Counted from the stretch's first letter, positions 26,834 through 36,442 are shown. The stretch: 64,000 nucleotides of DNA from Microcella sp. (GCF_019739195.1 NZ_JAHHDS010000003.1:2467705-2531704); one strand, 5' to 3'. Notes: generated from the sequence alone by a model not told the origin. Translations and numbers: made by a program.

Positions 26834-28228
26834 GTGAGCCACAAGCGAGCCGTGTCACTGAGCGAGCTGCTCGACCAGCCGATTCAGGGCATCCAGACCC
26901 TCAAAGAGACCTTCGGCGACTGGGACGTCCACCCCAGCCAGCACGTCGATGTCGACCATGTTCAGGCGGTGCTTGGTGAGCTCGTCGAGCGCCTCGACGT
27001 CGACTTTCCGTACTTTCACCCGCAGTACGCGGGCCAGATGCTCAAGCCGCCGCATCCCGTGGCCGTCGCGGCGTACGTCGCGACGATGCAGCTCAACCCC
27101 AACAACCACTCGATCGACGCGAGCCGTGCGACCACGGCCATGGAGCACGAGGTTCTCGACCAGCTCGCCGCCATGTTCGGCTACGGCGATGACTATATGG
27201 GTCACCTCACGTGGAGCGGCACCACGGCGAACCTCGAGGCCCTGTGGGTCAGTCGCGAGATCGCGCCCGGCAAGGCGATCGCCCATTCGACGGATGCCCA
27301 CTACACGCACTCGCGCATGGGCGAGGTGCTCGGCATCGACACGGTGGGAATCGCGACGGAGGCCGACGGGCGCATGAGTCTCGACGCTCTCGAGCGCGAG
27401 CTCGCCACCGGCCGCATCGGCGTCGTCGTCGCGACCCTCGGCACGACGGGGCTCGGCGCCGTCGACCCGCTCGCGGAGATCATCCCGCTCGCTCGCGAGC
27501 ACGGCGCGCGCGTGCACGTCGACACCGCGTACGGAGGTTTCTTCTCGATCATCGCCGACGAGCTCGACACTGAGACCGCCCGCCACTTCCGCGCTATCGC
27601 TCAGGCAGACTCGGTCGTGGTCGACCCGCACAAGCACGGGTTGCAGCCCTACGGCTGCGGGGCGGTGCTGTTCAACGACCAGTCGATTCTGCGGTACTAC
27701 CACCACGAGTCGCCCTACACCTACTTCGCGAGCACCGAGCGGCACTTCGGCGAGATACAGCTCGAGTGCTCACGCGCGGGCGCGAGCGCGGCGGCGCTGT
27801 GGGCCACGCTCAAGGTCTTTCCGCTCACGATGCAGGGGCTCGGGGCCATCGTGCTGCCCGGCTACCGGGCCGCCCAGACCTGGCACGGGCTCATCGCCGA
27901 GAGCGACATCTTGCAGCCCTACCAGCGGCCCGAGCTCGACATCATCACGTACCTGCCGCGCGTGCGCACCATGGCTGAGCTCGACAGGGTGAGCCATGCG
28001 ATCTTCGAGATGGCCGCCGACACGACGCGCCCGCAGCAAACACACTTGGCGACCTACGTCGTCACACCTGCCCAGCTACAGGCCCGCGGCATCGAGCTCG
28101 AGCAGGATGCCGAGCGCGCGCGCATCATGCGCAGCGTGCTCATGAAGCCCGAGCACGAGCCGCTGATTCCTGAGATGCACCACCACGTGTCAATGTGGTC
28201 GCGCCGGGCGTACGAGGCGACGCACTGA
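26834..28228 (+). CDS. Pyridoxal-phosphate-dependent decarboxylase (group II, fold type I)
   Basis: Motifs HPQYAGQM, SGTTANLEAL, HVDTAYGG and the PLP-lysine motif DPHKHG are present. An AAGGAG SD precedes the GTG start. Confidence 0.8.
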   Translation: MSHKRAVSLSELLDQPIQGIQTLKETFGDWDVHPSQHVDVDHVQAVLGELVERLDVDFPYFHPQYAGQMLKPPHPVAVAAYVATMQLNPNNHSIDASRATTAMEHEVLDQLAAMFGYGDDYMGHLTWSGTTANLEALWVSREIAPGKAIAHSTDAHYTHSRMGEVLGIDTVGIATEADGRMSLDALERELATGRIGVVVATLGTTGLGAVDPLAEIIPLAREHGARVHVDTAYGGFFSIIADELDTETARHFRAIAQADSVVVDPHKHGLQPYGCGAVLFNDQSILRYYHHESPYTYFASTERHFGEIQLECSRAGASAAALWATLKVFPLTMQGLGAIVLPGYRAAQTWHGLIAESDILQPYQRPELDIITYLPRVRTMAELDRVSHAIFEMAADTTRPQQTHLATYVVTPAQLQARGIELEQDAERARIMRSVLMKPEHEPLIPEMHHHVSMWSRRAYEATH

Positions 28229-28263
28229 GCGCGATGCTCGCTGAGCGCGCGGTCCACTGAGCT

Positions 28264-28980
28264 TTAGGCCGAGCCGGGAACCAGCCGATCGCGCACGGTG
28301 CTCGCAGGCCGCGGGTGCGTGATGATGAGTGGCATCGTGCCGGTGTGCGCGACGACCGAGGTCGGTGGCTCGGGAGTCAGCGGCAGATCGTCGAGGGCGC
28401 CCGGCGACGACACCCAAGCGGCCTCGGTGTCGCTCACGGGCGAGGCGACGACCGCGCCGGCCGGGCTCGTCGGCGCGTCGTCGGCGACCTCGAACGACCA
28501 GCGCTCGAGGTCGGCCCCGAACAGCTTCTTCGCCGACTTGGGCTTCTCGCTCCACTCGACCAGTCGGTCGCGGTACTCCGCGAGGGTCTGCTGCGCCTGA
28601 AAGCGAAACCCCGACGAGTCGCGCTTCATCGACTCGAGCTGGTGCGACGCCCACGACGCCGCGAGCGCCGAGCCCGCGATCGGCAGCAGCCGAATGCGCG
28701 TCTCGCTCTCAGCCGCCAGATGCTCGAGCTGCGCGCGTTCGACCTCGGTGAGGTCGTGCCACTGCGCCGACTTGCGCCCGGCGAGCATGAAACCGCTGAT
28801 GGCCGCCGCCAGAGCATCCTGCCGGTGCAGCGCGATGAGGCGTCGGCTCGCACCGCGCCCGATGAGTGCCGCGATGATGCCGGCCGTGAGAATGGCGAGT
28901 GCGGGAATCACCGCACTCGTCAGCACGCGCCAACCGTCGTCAGACGCCCACCACGCCAGAAAGTCGTTCCCCCATGTCAT
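28264..28980 (-). CDS. Hypothetical single-pass membrane protein
   Basis: One TM segment (VLTSAVIPALAILTAGIIAALIG) followed by a helical cytoplasmic region and a Pro/Ser-rich tail. I prefer the ATG at 28980; the ATG at 29028 is the alternative. Confidence 0.55.
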   Translation of the reverse strand: MTWGNDFLAWWASDDGWRVLTSAVIPALAILTAGIIAALIGRGASRRLIALHRQDALAAAISGFMLAGRKSAQWHDLTEVERAQLEHLAAESETRIRLLPIAGSALAASWASHQLESMKRDSSGFRFQAQQTLAEYRDRLVEWSEKPKSAKKLFGADLERWSFEVADDAPTSPAGAVVASPVSDTEAAWVSSPGALDDLPLTPEPPTSVVAHTGTMPLIITHPRPASTVRDRLVPGSA

Positions 28981-29014
28981 GCTCGGCAGAGTACCCCCCG
29001 TCTGGGGGTAGACG

Positions 29015-29989
29015 CTACTTTCTGCCATCCTCTTGCCGCTGAGCGATCGTCGTGATAGGGCCCGTATCGAGCGCCAGGTCGGCGTCAATCACCTTTCCGG
29101 CGCGGGCGGTCTGGGCCACGATGATGCCCGCGAGCACGATGCCAGCCCCGATGATCTGCACGGGGTCGAGCGCTTCGCCGAGCCAGACCCAGGCCACGGC
29201 GAAGGCGAAGACAACCTCGCTCGAGGCGACAATGCCTGCCGCCGTGGCGGGCAGATGACGCAGGGCGGCGAGGCTGAGCAAGAAGGGCGCGAACGAGCCC
29301 ATCACCACGTTCCAGGCCAGCGGAACCGCCATGGGCACCTCGAGCACGGCACCCGCCCCGCCGATGTCGACGGGGGTCGAGAAGATGCCCGGCGAGAGCT
29401 CCCACCAGCCGCTGACAAACGACCAGAAGATCGCGGCGATCGTCATGGTCCAGAACGAGACCGCCAGGGGAGAGATGCGCGATACTTGGCGCTCGCCGAC
29501 CAAGAAGTAGAGCGCGAGGCACACGGCCGCGGCCAGGGCGAGCACGACGCCGAGCGCATCGAGGGTGCTGGCCCACACTTGCGCGACCACGGCGAGACCC
29601 ACGAGTACGAAAGCGATCGCGACCCACAGGCGCGCCTTGACGGGTTCTTTCAGCACGAAGTAGGCGACGAGCGCCACCATGAGCACGGCCGTGTACTCGA
29701 GCAGCAGCGCGATGCCCACGGGCAGCAGCTGTACGGCTGCGGCGTAAGTCGCCTGCAGCAGTGCGACGCCGAATACTCCCAGCACGATCATGATGAGCCA
29801 CTGGTCGCGCGGTAGTCGGAAGGCCCGGCGGTCGATCACGAGCAGCACCAACCCGGCGATGAGGGCCGTGCCGACGAGACGAAACTCGGTGACCTGCGCA
29901 GGAGAAAGCCCTGCTTCCATCGTGATCTTGGTGACCGAACCGTTGGCCCCGAAGAGCACCGCTGCGAGCAGCGCGTAGACGTATCCCAC
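29015..29989 (-). CDS. EamA/DMT-superfamily transporter
   Basis: Ten predicted TM segments in two EamA-like halves, with the N-terminus LLAAVLFGANGSVTK. Confidence 0.8.
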   Translation of the reverse strand: MGYVYALLAAVLFGANGSVTKITMEAGLSPAQVTEFRLVGTALIAGLVLLVIDRRAFRLPRDQWLIMIVLGVFGVALLQATYAAAVQLLPVGIALLLEYTAVLMVALVAYFVLKEPVKARLWVAIAFVLVGLAVVAQVWASTLDALGVVLALAAAVCLALYFLVGERQVSRISPLAVSFWTMTIAAIFWSFVSGWWELSPGIFSTPVDIGGAGAVLEVPMAVPLAWNVVMGSFAPFLLSLAALRHLPATAAGIVASSEVVFAFAVAWVWLGEALDPVQIIGAGIVLAGIIVAQTARAGKVIDADLALDTGPITTIAQRQEDGRK

Positions 29990-29997
29990 CGCCGTGG

Positions 29998-31017
29998 CTA
30001 GCGCGAGCCGGTGCCGTGCACCGCGTGGGGTTCGATGGCGGCGAGCTCGTCGGCGGTGAGGGCGTCGCCGTGCAGTGCGTCAAGGCTGTTGTCGAGCTGG
30101 CGCACACTGCTCGCGCCGATGAGCGCGCTCGTGACCTGGGGGTGGCGCAGCACCCACAGCAGCGCGAGCTGCGCGAGCGACTGACCGCGCGCCTCGGCGA
30201 TCGCGTTGAGCGCCCGCGCTCGGCCCAAGTAGGCCTCATCGATGTTGTCGCCGCTGATCCACCGGCCCTCGGCCGCGCGCGAGTCGGCGGGAATACCGTC
30301 GAGGTACCGCCCGGTGAGCAGGCCCTGGGCGAGCGGAGAAAAGACGATGCTGCCCAGCTCGAGCTCTGCGAGAGCATCCAGCAAGCCGTCTTCCATGCGC
30401 CGATCGAACATGTTGTATCGGGGCTGGTGAATGAGCAGGGGAATACCCAGTTCGCCGAGGATGCGGTGCGCCTCGCGCGTCTGCTGCGCGTCGTAGTTCG
30501 AGATGCCCGCGTAGCGCGCCTTGCCGCTCGTGACTGCGGTGGCGAGGGCGCCCATCGTCTCGTCGAGCGGGGTCTCGGGGTCGGGGCGGTGGCTGTAGAA
30601 GATGTCGACGTAGTCGAGCCCGAGCCGCGTGAGACTCGCGTCGAGCGAGCTCAGCAGGTACTTGCGCGAACCCCACTCGCCGTAAGGCCCCGGCCACATG
30701 TAGTAGCCCGCCTTCGTCGAGATGATGAGCTCGTCGCGGTACGGCCGAAGATCGTCGCGCAGCAGCCGGCCGAAGTTTTCTTCGGCACTGCCCGCGGGCG
30801 GGCCGTAGTTGTTCGCCAGATCGAAATGGGTGACGCCGCGGTCGAACGCCCGACGCACGATCGCGCGCTGCGTCTCGATCGCTCGGTCGTCGCCGAAGTT
30901 GTTCCACAGGCCGAGCGAGATGCGCGGCAGACGCAGTCCGCTGCGCCCGACCCGCGCATATTCGAGCAGCTCGTAGCGGTCAGCAGCGGCGGTGTAAGCG
31001 TCATGAGTGTCAGGCAT
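29998..31017 (-). CDS. Aldo/keto reductase (YghZ/L-glyceraldehyde-3-phosphate reductase-like)
   Basis: Motifs GLWNNFG, HFDLANNYG, ISTKAG, YSHRPD and IGASS are present. I trimmed tracked ORF 29998..31662 to the ATG at 31017, which has TACGCT 6 nt upstream. Confidence 0.85.
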   Translation of the reverse strand: MPDTHDAYTAAADRYELLEYARVGRSGLRLPRISLGLWNNFGDDRAIETQRAIVRRAFDRGVTHFDLANNYGPPAGSAEENFGRLLRDDLRPYRDELIISTKAGYYMWPGPYGEWGSRKYLLSSLDASLTRLGLDYVDIFYSHRPDPETPLDETMGALATAVTSGKARYAGISNYDAQQTREAHRILGELGIPLLIHQPRYNMFDRRMEDGLLDALAELELGSIVFSPLAQGLLTGRYLDGIPADSRAAEGRWISGDNIDEAYLGRARALNAIAEARGQSLAQLALLWVLRHPQVTSALIGASSVRQLDNSLDALHGDALTADELAAIEPHAVHGTGSR

Positions 31018-31080
31018 GAGTACAGCGTATGACCGGCCGGCACCCGGCCAGCACACGCTGCTCGGTCGTAGTATTCGGCC

Positions 31081-31608
31081 ATGCGAACCTTTCATCTCGC
31101 CGGCGGTTGCTTCTGGTGCCTCGACGCGGTCTACCGCGTGCTCGACGGTGTTCACGACGTCGTCTCGGGGTACACGGGCGGCCACGTCGAGAACCCCTCC
31201 TACGAGCTCATCTGCACCGGGTCGACCGGTCATGCCGAAGCGGTCGCGGTCACGTTCGACCCCGACGTGATCCCCGCCGACGTCATTCTCGACGTGTTTT
31301 TCACGCTGCACGACCCGCGCCAGCTCAACCGTCAAGGCAACGACGTGGGCACGCAGTACCGCTCTGCCATGTTCTACGCCGACGACGAGCAGAAGGCTCT
31401 GTTCGAGGCGGCACGCGACCGAGCCTCCGAGTACTGGGAGGGCGGCATCGTCACCGAGATCTCGCCGCTGGAGAAGTACTTCATCGCCGAGGACTACCAC
31501 CAAGACTTCTTCGCCAAGAACCCGGGGCAGGGCTACTGCCTTGCTGTCGCGCTGCCCAAGGTCAACAAGATTCGGCAGTCGTACGCCTCGTATGTCAAGG
31601 CCTCCTGA
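31081..31608 (+). CDS. msrA: Peptide-methionine (S)-S-oxide reductase
   Basis: Catalytic motif GGCFWC, plus GYTGG, GHAEAV and DYHQ motifs. TAGTAT lies 6 nt upstream of the ATG. Confidence 0.9.
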   Translation: MRTFHLAGGCFWCLDAVYRVLDGVHDVVSGYTGGHVENPSYELICTGSTGHAEAVAVTFDPDVIPADVILDVFFTLHDPRQLNRQGNDVGTQYRSAMFYADDEQKALFEAARDRASEYWEGGIVTEISPLEKYFIAEDYHQDFFAKNPGQGYCLAVALPKVNKIRQSYASYVKAS

Positions 31609-31697
31609 GAGCATCCGCCCCCTCGACACGGGTCGCTGAGGAGCGTATCGTCGGCCGCGCACCAGAGCTGTTCGGCCTGACGACGAAGGAGGCTCTC

Positions 31698-31907
31698 ATG
31701 AGCGCATCGACAGAGACGACGACCTGGGTGGCCCGCGGGGGCGCGGGCACCGTCGGCACGATTCATCGCGACGATCAGGGGTACAGAGTGCGCATCGCGT
31801 CGCACGCTGACGAGCGCGGACCGTTCGCCTCGCTCGAGGTCGCGAAGCGCGCGCTGCACGCCGCACTGGGCCCGGGAGCCGAGCGGCCAGAGTTTGTCGG
31901 CCACTGA
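31698..31907 (+). CDS. Hypothetical small protein (69 aa)
   Basis: A strong SD, GAAGGAGG, lies 5 nt upstream of the ATG. GC3 bias is good. I recognise no family. Confidence 0.55.
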   Translation: MSASTETTTWVARGGAGTVGTIHRDDQGYRVRIASHADERGPFASLEVAKRALHAALGPGAERPEFVGH

Positions 31908-32113
31908 CAGACGCCGCGGCTGACCTGCTGACCGAACAGCCAGCGGGTCGGCCTCGCGCGCTCCTCCCCACCGCGGCTGTGGCGAGTTCTCTCCCCGTTC
32001 GCGGATGCTCGCTCGATGACGCGCGTGCTGACGAGCACACTCCTGCACGGGCGCCGGCGTTCTCCGGCACGAACCGTCGGCGCCCACCCGACACTCATCC
32101 GCAGGAGGACACC

Positions 32114-32629
32114 ATGACCGACATCATCACTTTGACCGGGCTCGTCGCCACGAACCCCCGGCACATTACGACGAGCGAGGGGCTCGCGATCACCTCGTTC
32201 CGGCTCGCCTCGAACCAGCGCCGCTTCGACCGCGGTCAGAACGCCTGGGTCGACGGCGACACGAACTGGTACACGATCACGGCGTTCCGCCAACTCGGCG
32301 TGCACGTCGCCTCATCGGTCGAGAAGGGGCAGCGCGTCATCGTCACCGGGCGCGTGCGCGTGCGCGACTGGGAGAGCGGCGAGAAGTCGGGCACGACCAT
32401 CGAGATCGATGCAGAGTCGATCGGGCACGACCTCACCTGGGGTCGTGCGACCTTCACGCGCAGTGTCATCGCATCGCGCGGCGAGGGCGGCAGCGCCGAG
32501 GCGTCTGACACGTCGCCGAGCGCGGGCGCGGCGGCCGACGAGGGCGATGGCGCGACCGACAGGTCACTGCTCGACGCCGCACCGGCAGAGTCAGAGTTGG
32601 TACCAGCGGGGGCGACGACCCCCTTCTGA
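32114..32629 (+). CDS. ssb: Single-stranded DNA-binding protein paralogue
   Basis: OB-fold core (TLTGLVATNPRHITTSEGLAITSFRLASN...NWYTITAFRQLG...GQRVIVTGRVRVRDWE), a Gly/Ala/Asp-rich tail, and a terminal PF. An AGGAGG SD is present. It is not in the rpsF-ssb-rpsR context. Confidence 0.8.
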   Translation: MTDIITLTGLVATNPRHITTSEGLAITSFRLASNQRRFDRGQNAWVDGDTNWYTITAFRQLGVHVASSVEKGQRVIVTGRVRVRDWESGEKSGTTIEIDAESIGHDLTWGRATFTRSVIASRGEGGSAEASDTSPSAGAAADEGDGATDRSLLDAAPAESELVPAGATTPF

Positions 32630-32642
32630 GCGACGCGCCGTC

Positions 32643-33302
32643 TCAGCGAACGCGAATCCCCCCACGCTGCCACATCGTGACAGCAGCGACACGGGGGTTC
32701 GCGTTCTCGCTTGTATCGAGACCGAGTGCGACGAAGAGGCGATGCAGCATCGTCTCGACCGCTCGCGTGGTTGTGCCCCGCGCTTCGGCGAGTGCTCGGG
32801 TCGACGCGCCTGCCGCGAGCATGCGCAGCACTTCGGCTTGCGCCGCTGTCACCGACGGCACGCCGTCGTCGTGCGGTTCGTCGAAGAGGTCGGCGTGATC
32901 ATCCGGTGCGCCGCTGATCGCGCGTTGAACGGCGTCTGCCAGCTCGTCGATGCGCCCGAGCTGCGACTTCACGAGGTAGACGGCACCGCGAGGAATCCGC
33001 TGTGGGTCAGGAACGGCGAGCTCAGGCGATCGATGCGAGGTGAGCACGACCAGGCCAACCCACGGAAACTCGTCGGCGACGAATCGCAGCAGGTCGGCTC
33101 CGTTCTCGGCGGTGCCGAAGTTGAGGTCGCTGATCACGGCGTGCGGGTCGGTGTCGCGCACGGCTTCGAGCGCTTGCTCGACTGAGGTGGTCGCGGTGAC
33201 GGCGTAGCCCTGTGCTTCGAGTCCGCCACGGACGAGCGAGAGGGTGAACGCGTCGTCGTCGGCGATCACGACGCGCAGGGCCCGGTTCTCGGCTGTGCTC
33301 AT
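32643..33302 (-). CDS. LuxR-family response regulator
   Basis: REC domain (VVIADDDAF, AVISDLNF, VVLTSH, YLVKS) plus a C-terminal LuxR-type HTH (VTAAQAEVLRMLAAGASTRALAEARGTTTRAVETMLHRLFVALG). The ATG overlaps the kinase stop. Confidence 0.85.
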   Translation of the reverse strand: MSTAENRALRVVIADDDAFTLSLVRGGLEAQGYAVTATTSVEQALEAVRDTDPHAVISDLNFGTAENGADLLRFVADEFPWVGLVVLTSHRSPELAVPDPQRIPRGAVYLVKSQLGRIDELADAVQRAISGAPDDHADLFDEPHDDGVPSVTAAQAEVLRMLAAGASTRALAEARGTTTRAVETMLHRLFVALGLDTSENANPRVAAVTMWQRGGIRVR

Positions 33303-35995
33303 TCTCGATCCGCTCTCGTCGACTCGTGCTCGTGAAGCGTGTCGCGAACGGTTCGCAGCAACAGGCTCGTGGTGTAGGGCTTCGGCAAGAACCGTGACAC
33401 GCCCATGCCGACCGAAGCGGAAGAATCGCCGTGCGAGGTCAACCCGCTCGCCGCGATGATCGGAATCTCAGGGTGATGCTCTTCGAGGTACGCGGTGGTC
33501 GCCGCGCCATCCATGACGGGCATCATCATGTCAGTGATGACCAGATCGACGGGATCGCCGCCCGACTCGATGAAGTCGATCCCCTCCTGACCATTCGACG
33601 CCTGTGTCGTGCGGAAACCGTGGGCTTCGAGGGTCTGGCACGTGATGCGTCTGACGAACTCTTCATCATCCACGACGAGCACGTGCTCGCCCGCTCCCTG
33701 AGGCAGCGGCTCGCCGTCGGCCAGAGTCGGTCGCGATTGCTCGACTGTCGAACTGATCGGAACACCGACGCGAAAGCACGTGCCATGATCGGGCTCGCTG
33801 TAGACCTGCAAGAAGCCGCCGTGGCTGCGCACGATCGCCAGCGTGGTCGAGAGGCCCAGCCCTGTGCCCTTGCCCGCGTCTTTCGTCGTGAAGAAGGGCT
33901 CGAAGACCTTCGCCACGACGTCGGGCGTCATACCGTGCCCCGAGTCTTCGACCGAGAACACTGCGTACTCGCCGGCCGAGGCCGTGTGCCCGATAGAGAC
34001 GACCTCGGTGTCGTGCTGCTCGATGGCTGCGGTAACCCGTAATCGGCCGCCCTCGGGCATCGCATCTCGTGCGTTCAGAAGCAGATTAATCATGACCTGC
34101 ATGAACTGAGTCGCGTCGCCCGTCGACGAGGCAAGCGATTCGGGGCGGTTGACCTCGAGCGCGATCGTGTGTGGCAGGGCGTCGCGCGCGTAGGTCTCGA
34201 CGTCGTCGAGCAAGTTGTCCATCGAAATACTCTCGCGACGACCTTCGACACCTCTGGCGAACGCGAGCACCTGACGCACCATTTCGGCGCCGCGCTTCAC
34301 CGACGATTCAAGGGTCGCGAGCAACTCGAGTCGGCCGGGGTCTCGTTCATCGTGCGCGAGCAGCTGAGCCGACATGAGAATCGGGGTCAGCACGTTGTTG
34401 AGGTCGTGAGCGATGCCGCCCGCGAGCGTGCCGAGGCTCTCCATGCGCTGCGAGCGCGCCCGAGTCTCCTGCTCTCTGCGGTAGGCCGTGATGTCGGTAT
34501 TGACGCAGAGCACGGCCTCGGGCTCACCGTCGGCACCGTGCAGCACCTGCCATCGGCAGTCGGCCACGATCGACCTGCCGCCGCGAGTGCGCTGCATGAG
34601 CTCGCCCGCCCAGTAGCCCTCGCGCATCACTTCGTCTGCTGCAGCGTTGAACTCGTCGAGGTCGTCGTAGATCAGCTCGGTGACCACCGCGCCGAGCGCT
34701 TCAGCGACGGGAATCTCGTAGAGCTCGGCCGCCGAGCGGTTCCAGTACCGCACCCGGTGGTCGAGACCTCGCACGATGATGGCATCGCGCGCGATATCGA
34801 GCAACGCTGCCTGTTCTGCGAGTCGCCGAGTGGTGTCGAGTTCTCGTTCACGTGCTGACACGTCGGCCGTCGCATCGCGCATGTGCAGCACAACGCCGGT
34901 CTCGACCGGGTAGATCGTGACGTCGACCCAACGCTCGGTGAGTTCGACCCACTCCTGGTGAACGACGCTTTCGCGCGAGTTGGCGGCCTGTCGAAAGGCG
35001 GTCTCGAACGGGGTTCCGATCGTCGAGGGGTAGACGCTCCACAGGTCGGTTTCCACGAGCTCGGCAGCCTGCCTACCGAGCAGCTCTTCGGCTCGGGGGT
35101 TCACGAAGGTCACACGCCACGAGGCGTCGAGAAAGATCAGCCCGTCTGAGATCGTGCGCAGCGACGTCGCGAGGCGCTCTTCAAGATCGCGAGCGCGGCC
35201 GCGTTCCACGGCGTACTCAGAGATGTCCCACACGGCACCGTGCGCCCTGACGATCGAGCCATCGCTCCCGCGTTCGGCCTCACCGATCGTTCGCACCGTG
35301 AGACGCGTGCCGTCGGTCGTAACCATGGTCGACTCAACATCGAACGACTCGCCCGTGTCGAGGCATCGCTGCAGCAGGCCCGCAACGCGCTCGCGGTCGC
35401 CCGGAGGATGGAGGTTCCACGCGACCTCGTTGGTGAGAGGTATCTCTGTCGAGATCCCGAACATGCGCAGTGTGTCGTCGGTGAGGCGGATGCGCTTCGT
35501 GCGAGCATCCACCGACCACCCCCCGAACCGAGCCATGCGGCCCGCGAGCCGCAGCATGTCTTCGCTCGCTCTCGTGCGCTGCAGGGCATGCGCTCGGTCA
35601 GAGACGTCGACGGCGCAGCCGACAACGGCCACGGTCTCGCCGCCGAGCCTTACCGGAAGGTTGGTGATCTGCGCGAGAAAGTCCGTGCCGTCGGGCCGCA
35701 CACCCGAGGCTTCGTACTGCACACTCTCGCCGCGTGCCGCCTCGCCGAACTTCTTGCGCACGAAGCGCAAGTCGATCGCCGCCACCGTGTCATCGAACGT
35801 CTGACCGAGCAAGCTCGCGCGGTCTGCCTGCACGCGCTCGCACAGAGCGTCGTTGACGGCGAGGAAGCGACCGTCGAGGTCGAGAAGGTAAGCCGCATCG
35901 GGATGCGCATCGACCAGCACCGTGAACGCCATGGCGAGCGCGCCGACACCATCGACGTCGGTAGCCAGAGGCGGGGTTCCGGTGGCGTCGATCAT
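33299..35995 (-). CDS. Cytoplasmic multi-PAS hybrid sensor histidine kinase (PAS x ~4, HisKA, HATPase_c, REC)
   Basis: H-box GGIAHDLNNVLTPI, N-box LLLNARDAM, and G-boxes DSGHGM and GKGTGLGLS. The C-terminal receiver is VLVVDDEEF...LVITDMMMPVMDG. No TM segment is present. Confidence 0.9.
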   Translation of the reverse strand: MIDATGTPPLATDVDGVGALAMAFTVLVDAHPDAAYLLDLDGRFLAVNDALCERVQADRASLLGQTFDDTVAAIDLRFVRKKFGEAARGESVQYEASGVRPDGTDFLAQITNLPVRLGGETVAVVGCAVDVSDRAHALQRTRASEDMLRLAGRMARFGGWSVDARTKRIRLTDDTLRMFGISTEIPLTNEVAWNLHPPGDRERVAGLLQRCLDTGESFDVESTMVTTDGTRLTVRTIGEAERGSDGSIVRAHGAVWDISEYAVERGRARDLEERLATSLRTISDGLIFLDASWRVTFVNPRAEELLGRQAAELVETDLWSVYPSTIGTPFETAFRQAANSRESVVHQEWVELTERWVDVTIYPVETGVVLHMRDATADVSARERELDTTRRLAEQAALLDIARDAIIVRGLDHRVRYWNRSAAELYEIPVAEALGAVVTELIYDDLDEFNAAADEVMREGYWAGELMQRTRGGRSIVADCRWQVLHGADGEPEAVLCVNTDITAYRREQETRARSQRMESLGTLAGGIAHDLNNVLTPILMSAQLLAHDERDPGRLELLATLESSVKRGAEMVRQVLAFARGVEGRRESISMDNLLDDVETYARDALPHTIALEVNRPESLASSTGDATQFMQVMINLLLNARDAMPEGGRLRVTAAIEQHDTEVVSIGHTASAGEYAVFSVEDSGHGMTPDVVAKVFEPFFTTKDAGKGTGLGLSTTLAIVRSHGGFLQVYSEPDHGTCFRVGVPISSTVEQSRPTLADGEPLPQGAGEHVLVVDDEEFVRRITCQTLEAHGFRTTQASNGQEGIDFIESGGDPVDLVITDMMMPVMDGAATTAYLEEHHPEIPIIAASGLTSHGDSSASVGMGVSRFLPKPYTTSLLLRTVRDTLHEHESTRADRE

Positions 35996-36378
35996 GGTGG
36001 TGCGATCACCGAGCCCTCGAGCAGCCTCCGAACCCTCGACAGCAGGTCGTCGAGGTCGATCGGCTTGCGGGCGTAGTCGGCACGAATCGCAGGAAGATCG
36101 TCGGGCGGCGTCGCTTCACCGCTCAGCACCAGGATCGGAAGATCGGGATGCACGTTGCGGAGCCCGCCGAGCGTGTCACGCACCGTACCGCCCGGCATGT
36201 TGATGTCGAGCACCACGAGGTCGTGCCGTTGCTCAGCCTGTGCGATGACTTCTTGCACGTCACCCGCTTCGTGCACGTCATACCCCTGAGACTCGAGGGC
36301 CATACGCAGCACACGGCGCACCAGAGGATCGTCGTCGGCGATGAGCACCGAGACGTTCGACCCTTCGGGCGTGGTCAT
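35992..36378 (-). CDS. Stand-alone receiver (single-domain response regulator)
   Basis: 128-aa REC only (VLIADDDPLV, LVVLDINMPGG, ILVLSGE, YARKPIDL). Its stop overlaps the hybrid kinase start. I trimmed the start to the ATG at 36378. Confidence 0.85.
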   Translation of the reverse strand: MTTPEGSNVSVLIADDDPLVRRVLRMALESQGYDVHEAGDVQEVIAQAEQRHDLVVLDINMPGGTVRDTLGGLRNVHPDLPILVLSGEATPPDDLPAIRADYARKPIDLDDLLSRVRRLLEGSVIAPP

Positions 36379-36442
36379 GCCCTCAGTGTAGGCGCGGGTC
36401 TGTCGTGGCGGACACCTGCGGGGCCTCGCAACGAGGCCCCCG

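Noticed and set aside
23672-28228. Whether the AMP-ligase, the Pmp-repeat surface protein and the PLP decarboxylase form a biosynthetic cluster.
   Set aside because: The genes are on different strands with their own SD sequences and 70-120-bp gaps. No carrier protein, condensation domain or other tailoring genes are present, so nothing beyond adjacency supports a cluster.
21575-29000. A genomic island integrated at tRNA-Arg: downstream are hydrolases, an adenylating enzyme, a surface protein and a decarboxylase.
   Set aside because: I saw no integrase, recombinase or transposase, no duplicated copy of the tRNA 3' end, and no obvious compositional break. The region looks like ordinary variable chromosome. 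A proper att-repeat search and a GC/codon scan would be needed to exclude an island.
31609-31697. An imperfect hairpin CGTCGGCCG...CGGCCTGACG between msrA and the small ORF, as a possible terminator or riboregulator.
   Set aside because: The stem is bulged and about 9 bp, with no U tract and no recognisable motif. It is indistinguishable from chance GC-rich pairing.
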